Of a stretch of DNA of 64,000 nt, positions 28,609 through 39,100 are shown one piece after another. A model generated the notes under the pieces. The model searched no databases, was not told the origin of the DNA, and worked only from the letters and a program-made list of their open reading frames with translations. A program made the translations under genes and the position numbers. How positions within the stretch are numbered: the first letter of the stretch is position 1; each line of letters begins with the position of its first letter. The DNA is from Methanocaldococcus sp. 16A (GTDB lineage: Archaea; AGJL01; Methanococci; Methanococcales; Methanocaldococcaceae), in NCBI GenBank assembly GCA_049860595.1, contig CP187551.1. One strand, written 5' to 3'.

Positions 28609-29052
28609 ATGTTAGAAAAATTAAAAAAGCTTTTAGGCAAGAAAGATAATTTTTCCACTCCAGCTCCAGTATCTATAGACGATTATTTAGGAGAAATTGA
28701 GGAGATTCCAATAACTCCAGTTGAAGAAGAAAAAGTGACAATAAAAGTTTGTAGTATTGAAGATGATAAAGATGCTGTAAATGCCATAGTAATGGCTGAG
28801 GCAGGATATATTGTTATAGCAAAGACCCCTAACTTAGAAAAAGAGATTGATGATGAATTTATTGAAATTATTAAAAAGATAAAAAATGAGACAATAAAAT
28901 TTGGAGGAAACTTAATTATTTTAGGAGATGAGCATTTATTAATAACTCCAAAAAATGTTGTTATAGAAAAACTTCTTAAAGAAAAGAAAGAAGCTAATGC
29001 CACAATAGATAATAAAGAAACAAATGAAGAAAAAGAGAAAGATAAAAAATAA
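28609..29052 (+). CDS. sepF: Cell division protein SepF (archaeal DUF552 family)
   Basis: N-terminal amphipathic helix, GYIVIA, FGGNLIILGDEHLLITPKNV. Confidence 0.7.
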   Translation: MLEKLKKLLGKKDNFSTPAPVSIDDYLGEIEEIPITPVEEEKVTIKVCSIEDDKDAVNAIVMAEAGYIVIAKTPNLEKEIDDEFIEIIKKIKNETIKFGGNLIILGDEHLLITPKNVVIEKLLKEKKEANATIDNKETNEEKEKDKK

Positions 29053-29095
29053 GCTATTATTTTTTTATGTTTTTTTAATGCTCATTGTCTTAATA

Positions 29096-29194
29096 TAATA
29101 GAACTTTCGCATGTTATATATTCATTAATGAAAATATAATGCCTTTGGCATCAAAAATTCCTTAAAAAAATTTATTTCTGCGAAAATCTTATTA
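29096..29194. repeat. Palindromic element, copy 4
   Basis: TAATAGAACTTTCGCA...ATGCCTTTGGCAT...CTGCGAAAATCTTATTA. Confidence 0.82.
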
Positions 29195-29221
29195 TAAAAT
29201 CTCTTTTCTAAATGTGATATT

Positions 29222-30022
29222 ATGAAAGTTTTAGATGAAATCGTCACTAATAGAAAAAAATTAATTGAAATAGAAAAAAGAAAAGATATAATTAAAGAGT
29301 TAAGAGATTTTATTGACAAACTAAATATAGATGTAGAAAAAAAGAGAAAATTAAAGCTTTCAAAGGCAATAAAAAAATCTAAAGAAACAAAAAATCCAAT
29401 AATTACTGAGATTAAGCCATCATCTCCTTCAAAAGGAAATATTAGAGAAATAAATCTTGAAGATGTTAAAAATATAGCCAAAGAAATGGTAGAAGGTGGA
29501 GCTACCGCTTTATCTATATTGACAGAACCAAAATACTTCAATGGAAGCTATAAAAATTTAATTATTGCAAGAAATGAAAATGTTCCAATATTAATGAAAG
29601 ATTTTATTGTTGATTTTTATCAAATTGACATAGCAAGTGAGATTGGGGCTAATGTAGTTTTATTAATTGTCTCCACACTTGGAGAAGATATAGGAGAATT
29701 CTTAGATTATGCTAAAGAACATGATTTGGAGTGTTTGGTTGAGACACATAGCGAAAATGAGATAGAAATTGCTTTAGATGCTGGAGCTAAGATTATTGGC
29801 ATAAATAATAGAGATTTAAAAACTTTAAAAATAGATTTATCTACTACTGAGAAATTAGCTCCATTAATCCCAAAAAATAAAATAAAAGTTGGAGAAAGTG
29901 GGATTTATACAAAAGAGCAGTTAAATTATGTGTTAAAATTCACAGACGCTGCTTTGATTGGTTCATCAATAATGGAAAGTGAAAATATAAAATATAAAGT
30001 CAGAGAACTTGTAGAAAGATAA
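29222..30022 (+). CDS. trpC: Indole-3-glycerol phosphate synthase
   Basis: EIKPSSPSKG, SILTEPKYF, MKDFI, GINNRDL, ESGI. Confidence 0.96.
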   Translation: MKVLDEIVTNRKKLIEIEKRKDIIKELRDFIDKLNIDVEKKRKLKLSKAIKKSKETKNPIITEIKPSSPSKGNIREINLEDVKNIAKEMVEGGATALSILTEPKYFNGSYKNLIIARNENVPILMKDFIVDFYQIDIASEIGANVVLLIVSTLGEDIGEFLDYAKEHDLECLVETHSENEIEIALDAGAKIIGINNRDLKTLKIDLSTTEKLAPLIPKNKIKVGESGIYTKEQLNYVLKFTDAALIGSSIMESENIKYKVRELVER

Positions 30023-30044
30023 AACTATCTCTTTCCAGCTAACT

Positions 30045-30085
30045 TATAGAACTTTTTTAATATATAAACTGCGAAAGCCCTGTAT
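30045..30085. repeat. Palindromic element, internally deleted copy 5
   Basis: TATAGAACTTT...AATATATAAACTGCGAAAGCCCT. Confidence 0.65.
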
Positions 30086-30087
30086 AG

Positions 30088-30768
30088 TTATTCTTGGGCT
30101 TCTTCATTGACTTCTTCTACAGTTTCTTCAGCTTCCTTTATAAATCCTTCTGTTTCTTCTTTCTTAGCTAATGATAAGACTTCTGATTTGTAGATAATAA
30201 CATTTTTAATTGGGAATATTTTCTTACACTCTTCTTTTATTTTCTCAGCCATTTCTCCAAATAACATTGCTTGCACATATAATGGGAATGTTTTCTCTTT
30301 AGCTATTGTTTTAATAATTTCTTCCATCTTTTTTCTAATGTCTGATTTTTGTTTTGTGTTTGCTCTATAAGCTGTTAAAACCATTGCCTTTGTTCTTATC
30401 TTATAGCCATCTTGAGTTGTAACATCAAGGATAGCGTCAATTCTACTTCTTCTTCTTCTTATTTGTGACTTCATGAATTCCCTTGTTGTATCATGTCCAT
30501 AAAATTGAGCAATTGCCTTGTTTCCTGTAACTCCAAAGATTTTGAAGTAAACTCTGTGCATGTGTTTTGTTGGGTCCCCTGTTAAATCTCTTAAGCTTGT
30601 CTCAGCAACTCTTCCTAAAACTAAGCTTGGGTCATTTGCTGGAGTGTAGCCAATAAATACTCCTCCAAATTCTGGAGTGGCATAGATTTCATACCATACT
30701 TTCTCTTTCCATTTATCTCTTACTTTTCTTACTTTCCTTCTTGCTCTTGCAGTTCTTGCGGTAGCCAT
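30088..30768 (-). CDS. rps3ae: 30S ribosomal protein S3Ae (eS1)
   Basis: RKVRDKWKEKVWY, GRVAETSLRDLTGD, KKIFPI...KSEV. Confidence 0.96.
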   Translation of the reverse strand: MATARTARARRKVRKVRDKWKEKVWYEIYATPEFGGVFIGYTPANDPSLVLGRVAETSLRDLTGDPTKHMHRVYFKIFGVTGNKAIAQFYGHDTTREFMKSQIRRRRSRIDAILDVTTQDGYKIRTKAMVLTAYRANTKQKSDIRKKMEEIIKTIAKEKTFPLYVQAMLFGEMAEKIKEECKKIFPIKNVIIYKSEVLSLAKKEETEGFIKEAEETVEEVNEEAQE

Positions 30769-30809
30769 TTTTTCACCTTAAAAAATTTAATTATGGTTTT
30801 AGGAATTAT

Positions 30810-31421
30810 TCACTCCTTATAAAATTCAGATAAATCAACATAATTTCTTACAGGTCTTGTTACATCTCCATACAATCTTTTTATATCCTTAGCTTTTGCT
30901 TTTTTAGCAGTTCCTTTTTCAGTTTTTATCTTCTTTAACCTAAAGAATCCATCGTTTATTCTATAAACTTTTTCTACTTCAAATTCAAAATCATTTGGGA
31001 CATAAATGTATATTCCATAAGTTTTACTTTTATCATTAATTGATATTCCCAACTTTTTTGGAATTGATAGTGATTTACCCCAAATAAACTTAATATCTTT
31101 ACCTAAAGCAGATTTTACTGGTTCAGGAGTTTCAATTTTTGTTATCTCAATCTTTTCTCCATCAACTTCAATTGTATCTCCAACTTTGTATGTTTCATCC
31201 TCTGGGATATTAATTATTTTAGATTCTGATATATCATATCTACTTATAATTAGCTTTGCCTGGCTTAATTTAACCTTATCAACAATCTCTCTTACAGCTC
31301 CACAGTTAGGACATCTAACTAAGTAATAGGCAGATTTGTTATAAATTTTTTTCTTTAATACTTCTTGCTCTTCAAACCCACAATTCTCGCATTCTATGTA
31401 GATTTTTTCAGTCATCTTCAA
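30810..31421 (-). CDS. Zinc-finger protein (HVO_0476-like)
   Basis: CENC...CPNCG, ISRYDIS, KAKDIKRLY. Confidence 0.75.
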   Translation of the reverse strand: MKMTEKIYIECENCGFEEQEVLKKKIYNKSAYYLVRCPNCGAVREIVDKVKLSQAKLIISRYDISESKIINIPEDETYKVGDTIEVDGEKIEITKIETPEPVKSALGKDIKFIWGKSLSIPKKLGISINDKSKTYGIYIYVPNDFEFEVEKVYRINDGFFRLKKIKTEKGTAKKAKAKDIKRLYGDVTRPVRNYVDLSEFYKE

Positions 31422-31451
31422 AAACCTCTAAGTATTTTATTTATTTTTTAT

Positions 31452-32129
31452 TTATTTTCTTCTTCTCCTTCTTCTTCTCTTGTCTTTTGGTTGAATGATT
31501 ATTCTGTATTTTGGATTTGCAGCTTTCTCTAAGAACTCTTCATAAGTAAATGGTAACTTTGTATCGTCAGTTATAACTCCTCTGTTTTTGAGGTATTCTC
31601 TTGTTAATAAGTAGTAGATTAAAGCAACTGCTTTCTTACCTTTGTTGTTTGTTGGAATTACCAAGTCGATGAATGATGTTAAGTGCTCTGTATCACATAG
31701 ACCAACAATTGGAACTCCAACCTCTGTAGCTTCTTTCAATGCTTGTCTATCAACTCTTGGGTCGCTGATAAATACAACCTCTGGCTCCATAAAGCCCTTG
31801 TATGCAGGGTTTGTTAATGTTCCAGGAACGAATCTTCCTGGAATTGTCCTAATCCCAGTGTATTTTCCAAATTCTTCTAATGGGCCCATAGTATAGATTC
31901 TTCTTGAAACAGCTAATATATCTTCTGGTTCATATTTTGCTAAGAATTTAGCAGCTATTCTTAATCTCTCATCTGTTTTTCTAACATCCAAAACATATAA
32001 TCCATCGCTTCTTACTCTGTAAATAAATTTCTCCATATCCTTTGTTTTCTGCTGAGTCCCAATGTGGATACCTGAAGCTAAGTATGTATCTAATGGCACT
32101 AACAATTCTTTCTCACTCATATTTTCCAC
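31452..32129 (-). CDS. rps2: 30S ribosomal protein S2 (uS2)
   Basis: [32 protein letters not shown]. Confidence 0.97.
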   Translation of the reverse strand: MENMSEKELLVPLDTYLASGIHIGTQQKTKDMEKFIYRVRSDGLYVLDVRKTDERLRIAAKFLAKYEPEDILAVSRRIYTMGPLEEFGKYTGIRTIPGRFVPGTLTNPAYKGFMEPEVVFISDPRVDRQALKEATEVGVPIVGLCDTEHLTSFIDLVIPTNNKGKKAVALIYYLLTREYLKNRGVITDDTKLPFTYEEFLEKAANPKYRIIIQPKDKRRRRRRRK

Positions 32130-32245
32130 CTTAAAATAGTTGTTGTTTTTTAGAAACTTTCGGGGGTATAAAAATTAGTGGTTGTTTCCCCTAAGAAGAT
32201 AGAAAATGTAATAATGATATATAAAGATTTTCCTATTTACCTAAT

Positions 32246-32830
32246 TTATTTACCTCTTCTTCCGTGAGCCCTTATACTTGGTCTAACCTTCTCAGCACCT
32301 ATTCCTTTATTTCTTAATCCTCTACCTTTCTTACCAGCTGATGTTAAACCTCTGAATGCCCTTCCTCTGTGTTTTCCTGTGCATAACCAGTTGAGTTGTG
32401 GATCTGCTTTAATAGCTGGGTGGTATGGGTCTACCAATATAACCTCATACCACTTGTATTTTCCATCTTCTCCAACCCAGTAACTGTTTAAAACTTCCAT
32501 GTTTGGATATTTTCTTGCTGCTCTCTCTTCAGCAATTCTTTGAATTGATTTACCCATTGTTATCTTATTAACCCCTAATGTAGCAGGTTTCTTTGAGTTC
32601 TTTGGTCTTGATTTTCTTAAACCTCCTCTTCTAACTCTTACTCTAACAACAATGATTCCTTGTTTTGGTTTGTATCCTAAAGCTCTTGCTCTATCTAATC
32701 TTGTTGGTCTTTCAATTCTTACAACAGCCGGTTCTCTTCTCCACTGCTGTAATCTTTCCCATAATAACTGTCTTACATAGCTCTCTTTTGGTCTTTTCCA
32801 AGCCTCTCTTATATACTTGTAGATTCCCAT
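32246..32830 (-). CDS. rpl15e: 50S ribosomal protein L15e (eL15)
   Basis: [37 protein letters not shown]. Confidence 0.97.
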   Translation of the reverse strand: MGIYKYIREAWKRPKESYVRQLLWERLQQWRREPAVVRIERPTRLDRARALGYKPKQGIIVVRVRVRRGGLRKSRPKNSKKPATLGVNKITMGKSIQRIAEERAARKYPNMEVLNSYWVGEDGKYKWYEVILVDPYHPAIKADPQLNWLCTGKHRGRAFRGLTSAGKKGRGLRNKGIGAEKVRPSIRAHGRRGK

Positions 32831-32846
32831 TTTATCCCTCTTTTAT

Positions 32847-32872
32847 GGGTTCAGCATTGCCGCCACATCCCC
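32847..32872 (-). promoter_or_regulatory. Putative eL15 ribosomal-protein leader RNA
   Basis: GC-rich island GGGGAUGUGGCGGCAAUGCUGAACCC in the AT-rich rpl15e 5' UTR; forms a GGG/CCC outer stem and a CGGC/GCUG inner stem. Confidence 0.55.
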
Positions 32873-33070
32873 TCTATAATATTAAAGCTTTAGAGTAAAT
32901 AACTATTAACAACTATTATATTAATTTAACGGTTATGTAATGTGAAATCAAAAATAGCTAAAAATAAAAATAAATAATATTGCAAGCTAAAAATTCTGCT
33001 AATCTAAGAGGAAAAGATTTTTATATTATTGTTTAATTATTTTACTACTAACAAATAATTAGCTTAAGAG

Positions 33071-33421
33071 GTGACTGTTATGGAATTACCACCACAAATT
33101 CAAGCTCAATTAATGCAGTTACAACAACTACAGCAACAATTACAAATGATTTTAATGCAAAAGCAAAGTGTTGAAGCTGAATTAAAAGAAAGTAAAAAAG
33201 CTTTAGAAGAATTGGAAAAATCTACAAGTGATGAGGTTTATAAATTAGTTGGGGGATTATTTATTAAAAGAAAAAAAGATGAAGTTAAAAAAGAACTTGA
33301 AGAGAAAGTAGAAACATTAGAGTTGAGAGTAAAAACATTAGAGAAACAAGAGGAGAAATTACAATCAAGATTAAAAGAATTGCAGGAAAAATTACAAAAA
33401 ATGGTGCCTGCAGCACAGTAA
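33071..33421 (+). CDS. pfdB: Prefoldin subunit beta; probable start ATG 33080
   Basis: [30 protein letters not shown], coiled coils. Confidence 0.95.
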   Translation: MTVMELPPQIQAQLMQLQQLQQQLQMILMQKQSVEAELKESKKALEELEKSTSDEVYKLVGGLFIKRKKDEVKKELEEKVETLELRVKTLEKQEEKLQSRLKELQEKLQKMVPAAQ

Positions 33422-33495
33422 ATTAATTTTTTCTTTATTTTCCTTTTTAATTTTATTATTTTTGGATTTTTAAGCTTTAAATTATGATTATTTTT

Positions 33496-33587
33496 AATAG
33501 GACTTTCGCAGGAATAAATTTTTAAAGGAAAATTGACCAAAGGCATCATATTTTTCCCTTATTAAATATATAAAGTGCGAAAGTCCT
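33496..33587. repeat. Palindromic element, copy 6
   Basis: AATAGGACTTTCGCAGGAATAAA...TATATAAAGTGCGAAAGTCCT. Confidence 0.85.
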
Positions 33588-33600
33588 TTTAATTTTATTT

Positions 33601-34602
33601 ATGGTGAGCAAAATGAAGTTATTAGATTATTTAAAAAGAGATGAGATTCTTTTTTTATGCCATCATAATGCAGACCCTGATGCAATAGGCAGCTGTGTAG
33701 CTTTAAAATATTTGGCATCTCAATTAAATCCAAATGGAAAGTTTAGAATTTCAGCAGATTCTGTTAGTAAGATTTCAAGAAATATTCTAAATGAGATAGG
33801 GGAGAATGTTGATATAGAGCTTTATCCTAAATTACCAAAAACAGTATTTATTGTAGATACGGCCTCAATAAATCAATTAAAGGTTAATTTTGATGAGTTA
33901 AAAGAGAGAGAGGTTATTTTAATAGACCACCATAAAAAAACTGATTTGGCTGATATCTGCAAATACTACATAATTAGAGAAGATTATCCATCAACATCTG
34001 AAATTATAGCTGAAATTTTTAAAGAATTAAATATCTTTCCACCAAAAAATATTAGAATTGCCCTATTGTGTGGAATTGTATATGATACAAAGCATTTAAA
34101 GTTAGCCACTCCAAAAACTTTTGAATTGATAAGTTATCTAATAAAAGATATAAGTTTTCAGAAAATTCTCTACCTATTGTCTCAAGAGAGTGATTTTAGT
34201 AAGAGAACAGCCCATTTAAAGGCATGTAGTAGAATGGAAATAAGAGAGTTTGATAAGCTCAAAATAGCTTTATCTCATGTTAGCTCTCATGAAGCTTCTT
34301 GTGCAAAAACTATAGTGAGTATAGGGGCAGATATAGCTTTTGTTGTAGCTGTTAGAAAAAAAGAGAGAGAGATTAGAGTTAGTGCAAGATGTAGAAAACA
34401 TGTTTCTAAATATGTACATTTGGGTAATTTGATGGAAAAGATTGGGAAAGAGTTGGGGGGTAGTGGAGGAGGGCATAGTGAAGCTGGGGGATTAAATGCC
34501 CCTTATGATAATAATAAAAGTAAAGATAAAGTTATAAAAGAGGTTTTAGACCTCTGCTATAAAAGATTTGTAGAAGAGTATAAAAAAGCAAAAAATAAAT
34601 AA
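33601..34602 (+). CDS. DHH/DHHA1 family phosphoesterase
   Basis: HHNADPDA, VD, IDHH, YDT, GGSGGGHSEAGG. Confidence 0.92.
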   Translation: MVSKMKLLDYLKRDEILFLCHHNADPDAIGSCVALKYLASQLNPNGKFRISADSVSKISRNILNEIGENVDIELYPKLPKTVFIVDTASINQLKVNFDELKEREVILIDHHKKTDLADICKYYIIREDYPSTSEIIAEIFKELNIFPPKNIRIALLCGIVYDTKHLKLATPKTFELISYLIKDISFQKILYLLSQESDFSKRTAHLKACSRMEIREFDKLKIALSHVSSHEASCAKTIVSIGADIAFVVAVRKKEREIRVSARCRKHVSKYVHLGNLMEKIGKELGGSGGGHSEAGGLNAPYDNNKSKDKVIKEVLDLCYKRFVEEYKKAKNK

Positions 34603-34603
34603 T

Positions 34604-34948
34604 TTAGAATGTAACAACGTTATCACTTTCTTTAACAAAAGCTATTAAATCATGCATTGTAGCTAATTGAACTCCTTCAATTAAATCTTCTTCTTTTAAA
34701 CCTCTTGCTTTACAACAAGGTCCGCAAACCTTGACTGTAGCTCCAAGTTCAATAGCATTTTTCAACAACTCTAAATAATTAGGCATTTCTGATGGGTTTT
34801 GTTCTTTTTTAGCAACATAAACTCCATTTTCAATCAAGAAGATATTTACTTCAATCCCCTCTAATAGAGCTGTTAATGCAAATCTTAATGCTGAATAAGC
34901 TCTCTCCTTACCATAAGGCGCTTCTGTAATAATTACAGTAAATTTCAT
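34604..34948 (-). CDS. DsrE/DsrF-like sulfur relay protein
   Basis: APYGKER...ALRFA, FLIENGV, CGPCCKARG. Confidence 0.88.
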   Translation of the reverse strand: MKFTVIITEAPYGKERAYSALRFALTALLEGIEVNIFLIENGVYVAKKEQNPSEMPNYLELLKNAIELGATVKVCGPCCKARGLKEEDLIEGVQLATMHDLIAFVKESDNVVTF

Positions 34949-34963
34949 ACTTTCACCAACTAT

Positions 34964-35191
34964 TTATTTTTTAATAACAATTCTAAATCCATTTTCTGTT
35001 TCTTCAGCAGAAACTACTGTATATCCATTATTTTCAGCAAATCTTTTTATATTTTCTAATGCTGGTTTGTAATCCCCAACAACTTCTAACTCTTCTCCTT
35101 CATTTAATTCTTCTAAAGCTTTTTTTGTTTTTAAAACTGGAACTGGGCAGATGTCTCCAGTAACATCAAGTTTTCTCATACCCTTCACCAT
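34964..35191 (-). CDS. TusA/SirA-family sulfurtransferase
   Basis: LDVTGDICPVPVLKTKKAL (CPxP). Confidence 0.92.
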   Translation of the reverse strand: MVKGMRKLDVTGDICPVPVLKTKKALEELNEGEELEVVGDYKPALENIKRFAENNGYTVVSAEETENGFRIVIKK

Positions 35192-35373
35192 GAAATTTTT
35201 AATAAAATTGATATTAATAAATGTATAAAAAATTAATCTAAAAAAATTTTAATTGCTTATTAGGTTATTAGATTTTTTAATACTAAAGTTTGTAATGATA
35301 AATCATGACAATTTTATCTATAAAAATAGTCCAAACTACTCTCTTTTTTTTATGTCTGTAAATTTTCGTTAAT

Positions 35374-35544
35374 TTAAAATAAAATAGGTGCAATTGCAGA
35401 GATTATAATTAATCCAGCTAATACATACCCCATGATTTTTGTAACTTCACTACCAGTATATGACCTTGTCAAATCTTTCTTTATGTTATTTAATTCTTCA
35501 AATTCTTTATCATTCACATGTAAATATTGCATCTTTGCATTCAT
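35374..35544 (-). CDS. Small 56-aa membrane protein; absent from the ORF track
   Basis: Strong GAGGTGA RBS, then MNAKMQYLHVNDKEFEELNNIKKDLTRSYTGSEVTKIMGYVLAGLIIISAIAPILF; upstream TATA-like element. Confidence 0.7.
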   Translation of the reverse strand: MNAKMQYLHVNDKEFEELNNIKKDLTRSYTGSEVTKIMGYVLAGLIIISAIAPILF

Positions 35545-35749
35545 AATTTCACCTCACGTTACATGTTTTTCTCACTTATATAATTGAAAAAAGTAGTATA
35601 TATCCTTTTTTGCTCATGAACAATCATGACAAATGTTTTTAATGAAAAATAATGACAGATTGTTTTTAATCTATAATGATAAATCATGATAAATTCAATA
35701 ATAAAAAATTAACATTTCATAACATTCTCTTGTTAGTTTTTGGATTATC

Positions 35750-36108
35750 ACGTTAAAAGATTTTATTTTTTAATTTAAAGATTTTTAAATAGTTATTTTT
35801 TTATTTTAAGGATTTTTATGGAATTTCTAAGGGTAGTTTATTTTTAATATTTTATTTATTTGGATATATTAAATTAATTGGATTTTTTTAGAAATTTTGG
35901 ATTATTGTTTTTAGATTTTGATTTCTCCAATAGGTAAGTTAATTTTTTAGTTAAGAAGTTTTATTTTTTCTTTTATTTTCGAGCCGTAAAGTATTTATAT
36001 AAGAAGAGGGTTTATAAACAGACCAAGTAATTGAGGGGTTGTAATATACTACTAATAAAATAAAGACCTAAAAATGCTTAATTTTTGTTAATCTGAAATT
36101 AGTCTCCT
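35750..36108 (+). promoter_or_regulatory. CRISPR leader (left boundary approximate)
   Basis: Non-coding, T-rich, TATA-like TTTATATA at ~35994-36001; next to the first intact repeat and opposite the degenerate end. Confidence 0.7.
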
Positions 36109-39100
36109 ATTAAAATCAGACCGATTCGGTATGGAAACATCATGATATTACTTGAGATAGTTATAGATAGATTAAAATCAGACCGATTCGGTATGGAAAC
36201 GTAATGTTACATCAGAATTTGAAATTAATTAAAATCAGACCGATTCGGTATGGAAACTTGAACGTTAGAGATAGCTGCAGCTATAATGATAATTAAAATC
36301 AGACCGATTCGGTATGGAAACGCTGAAAGTCTTAAAAGAGCTTCTAATTGTCTTGCAGTTATAGATATGATTAAAATCAGACCGATTCGGTATGGAAACG
36401 TTTGGGGAGTTGCAAATGCTGTATTGTATGCTATGCTTTCCATACCGAATCATTAAAATCAGACCGATTCGGTATGGAAACGATTTTAATTCAGACATAA
36501 AATACTATCCGGATTATACTAATTAAAATCAGACCGATTCGGTATGGAAACCTCAAAAACTCATCACTATATTTTTTAATTAAATCTATTAAAATCAGAC
36601 CGATTCGGTATGGAAACTATAAAAGAGTTCTTAAAAGAGCATCCTGACTTAGATTAAAATCAGACCGATTCGGTATGGAAACGACAATCAGATAACATAA
36701 GCTCTTCAAACTATACTAATTAAAATCAGACCGATTCGGTATGGAAACATCCAATCAATATGAATATTGAAGTAGTTAAAAGGTATTAAAATCAGACCGA
36801 TTCGGTATGGAAACCAAATTCTTTAGTTCCTTTTTCAATTGACCATTTTTTCATATTAAAATCAGACCGATTCGGTATGGAAACGGAGCTAAAGTTGCAT
36901 TAGAGGGATAAGTTATGGAATTAAAATCAGACCGATTCGGTATGGAAACTTAGTTATGATTGCTGTAGTGGTTAAATTCAAAAACCATTAAAATCAGACC
37001 GATTCGGTATGGAAACTAAATTAGACTTGGTAGACCTCCAACAATTACCGACGCATTAAAATCAGACCGATTCGGTATGGAAACTTTATCTAAATACTCA
37101 AACGAAGAAATTATGCATTTTCTCATTCATTAAAATCAGACCGATTCGGTATGGAAACTCAACGAGGTCTGGAAGCTCTTTACAGAAGTTTCTATTAAAA
37201 TCAGACCGATTCGGTATGGAAACGGAAGCTCTGGATTTTTATTATCTATAACAAATATGTATATTAAAATCAGACCGATTCGGTATGGAAACTACGCTAA
37301 AGGAAGATTAGATGACTATTCAAGATTTTTATTAAAATCAGACCGATTCGGTATGGAAACTTGATAGAAGAGAAACGTACTATATTGCAGGCTGGAAACT
37401 AATTAAAATCAGACCGATTCGGTATGGAAACGAAGGAAGGTATTTCATTTTTTCCATATTGTTAATTTTAGATTAAAATCAGACCGATTCGGTATGGAAA
37501 CAGAATTTGATAAATTTGGCAGTTCTAATATTGATAATGTATTATTAAAATCAGACCGATTCGGTATGGAAACCTTGCAGTTCATCTAAAATAGCAACAA
37601 TCTCATCTTTATTAAAATCAGACCGATTCGGTATGGAAACACTTACGAGCCAAATTTGATTCTAACGCAACAAATCTATTAAAATCAGACCGATTCGGTA
37701 TGGAAACTCAGGATATCTCTTTTTTGAACATACGCCCATAAATCTACCTTATTAAAATCAGACCGATTCGGTATGGAAACTTTATTACTGCATATATTGG
37801 TATGGTGGTGTTATTTATTAAATTAAAATCAGACCGATTCGGTATGGAAACGAACTTTCATCTTTAGCGTAGATTATAGTTTCTTGCTTTAATTAAAATC
37901 AGACCGATTCGGTATGGAAACTGAAAAAAGCAATATTACTTTTATTTATTTTAGGCATTGTATTAAAATCAGACCGATTCGGTATGGAAACAAGTATATG
38001 TTTAGCAATTTCTTTATCCTTTCCTTTTTCATTAAAATCAGACCGATTCGGTATGGAAACACGATAAACATCACTGGAGAATACCACCACGATATCATTA
38101 AAATCAGACCGATTCGGTATGGAAACAGGATTAAGATAAAATACTTCGATAAGCTCGAAGGAATTAAAATCAGACCGATTCGGTATGGAAACAGCACTCA
38201 TAGCAGAATTGCAGAAGAACATTACAAATTAAAATCAGACCGATTCGGTATGGAAACGGAAATGTTAGGATTGCTATGAATTTTCCAGGAATGAACAATT
38301 AAAATCAGACCGATTCGGTATGGAAACTTGTTAAGAAATTCATGGCAGACGAGAATGAGAAAAGAATTAAAATCAGACCGATTCGGTATGGAAACAGTAA
38401 GGATTCCAGGGCTTGGTTTGGCAAAAAATGATTAAAATCAGACCGATTCGGTATGGAAACATTTTATGGTTATTAGTTTGGATAGTGATTTTAATTATTA
38501 AAATCAGACCGATTCGGTATGGAAACGACAATGTTGTCATTGGCTGGAACTGTAGTTCCTGAATTAAAATCAGACCGATTCGGTATGGAAACGTAAAAAA
38601 CATACTAATGTCAAACATGCAGTTAAAAATTAAAATCAGACCGATTCGGTATGGAAACATAATAGCCGCAGTTGTAATAATAGCAATATGCTTCAATTAA
38701 AATCAGACCGATTCGGTATGGAAACGAATATTCAGTTTCTGAAGTTTATGAAGCTGTCAATAAATTAAAATCAGACCGATTCGGTATGGAAACATGCAAC
38801 CAATGCAACAATTTCAACCTCAACAACAATCACAACAATTAAAATCAGACCGATTCGGTATGGAAACTTGTTAACACCCTCCGACACTAACATAATTGTA
38901 GCTAATCAACCATATTGATTAAAATCAGACCGATTCGGTATGGAAACTGCTTTAGACTAAACCATCTAAGTCCAACTTTAGTTAGAGCATTAAAATCAGA
39001 CCGATTCGGTATGGAAACTCTTCATCTTGCTTAGTCCATTTTTTATATTTTACAATTAAAATCAGACCGATTCGGTATGGAAACCAAATCTTCTTTTAAG

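Noticed and set aside
38486-38495. Spacer 35 ends with TGATTTTAAT, antisense to the repeat start
   Set aside because: A 10-nt AT-rich match with no partner fragment, so probably chance. It also shows that the 9-nt half of the spacer 5/6 observation is weak without the 15-nt half.
36225-38696. ORFs inside the CRISPR array (FPYRIGLIL / VSIPNRSDFN repeats)
   Set aside because: They are translations of repeat-spacer units, not genes.
38794-38837. CAA-rich spacer as self-targeting against the Gln-rich prefoldin gene
   Set aside because: Only compositional similarity; no contiguous match seen.
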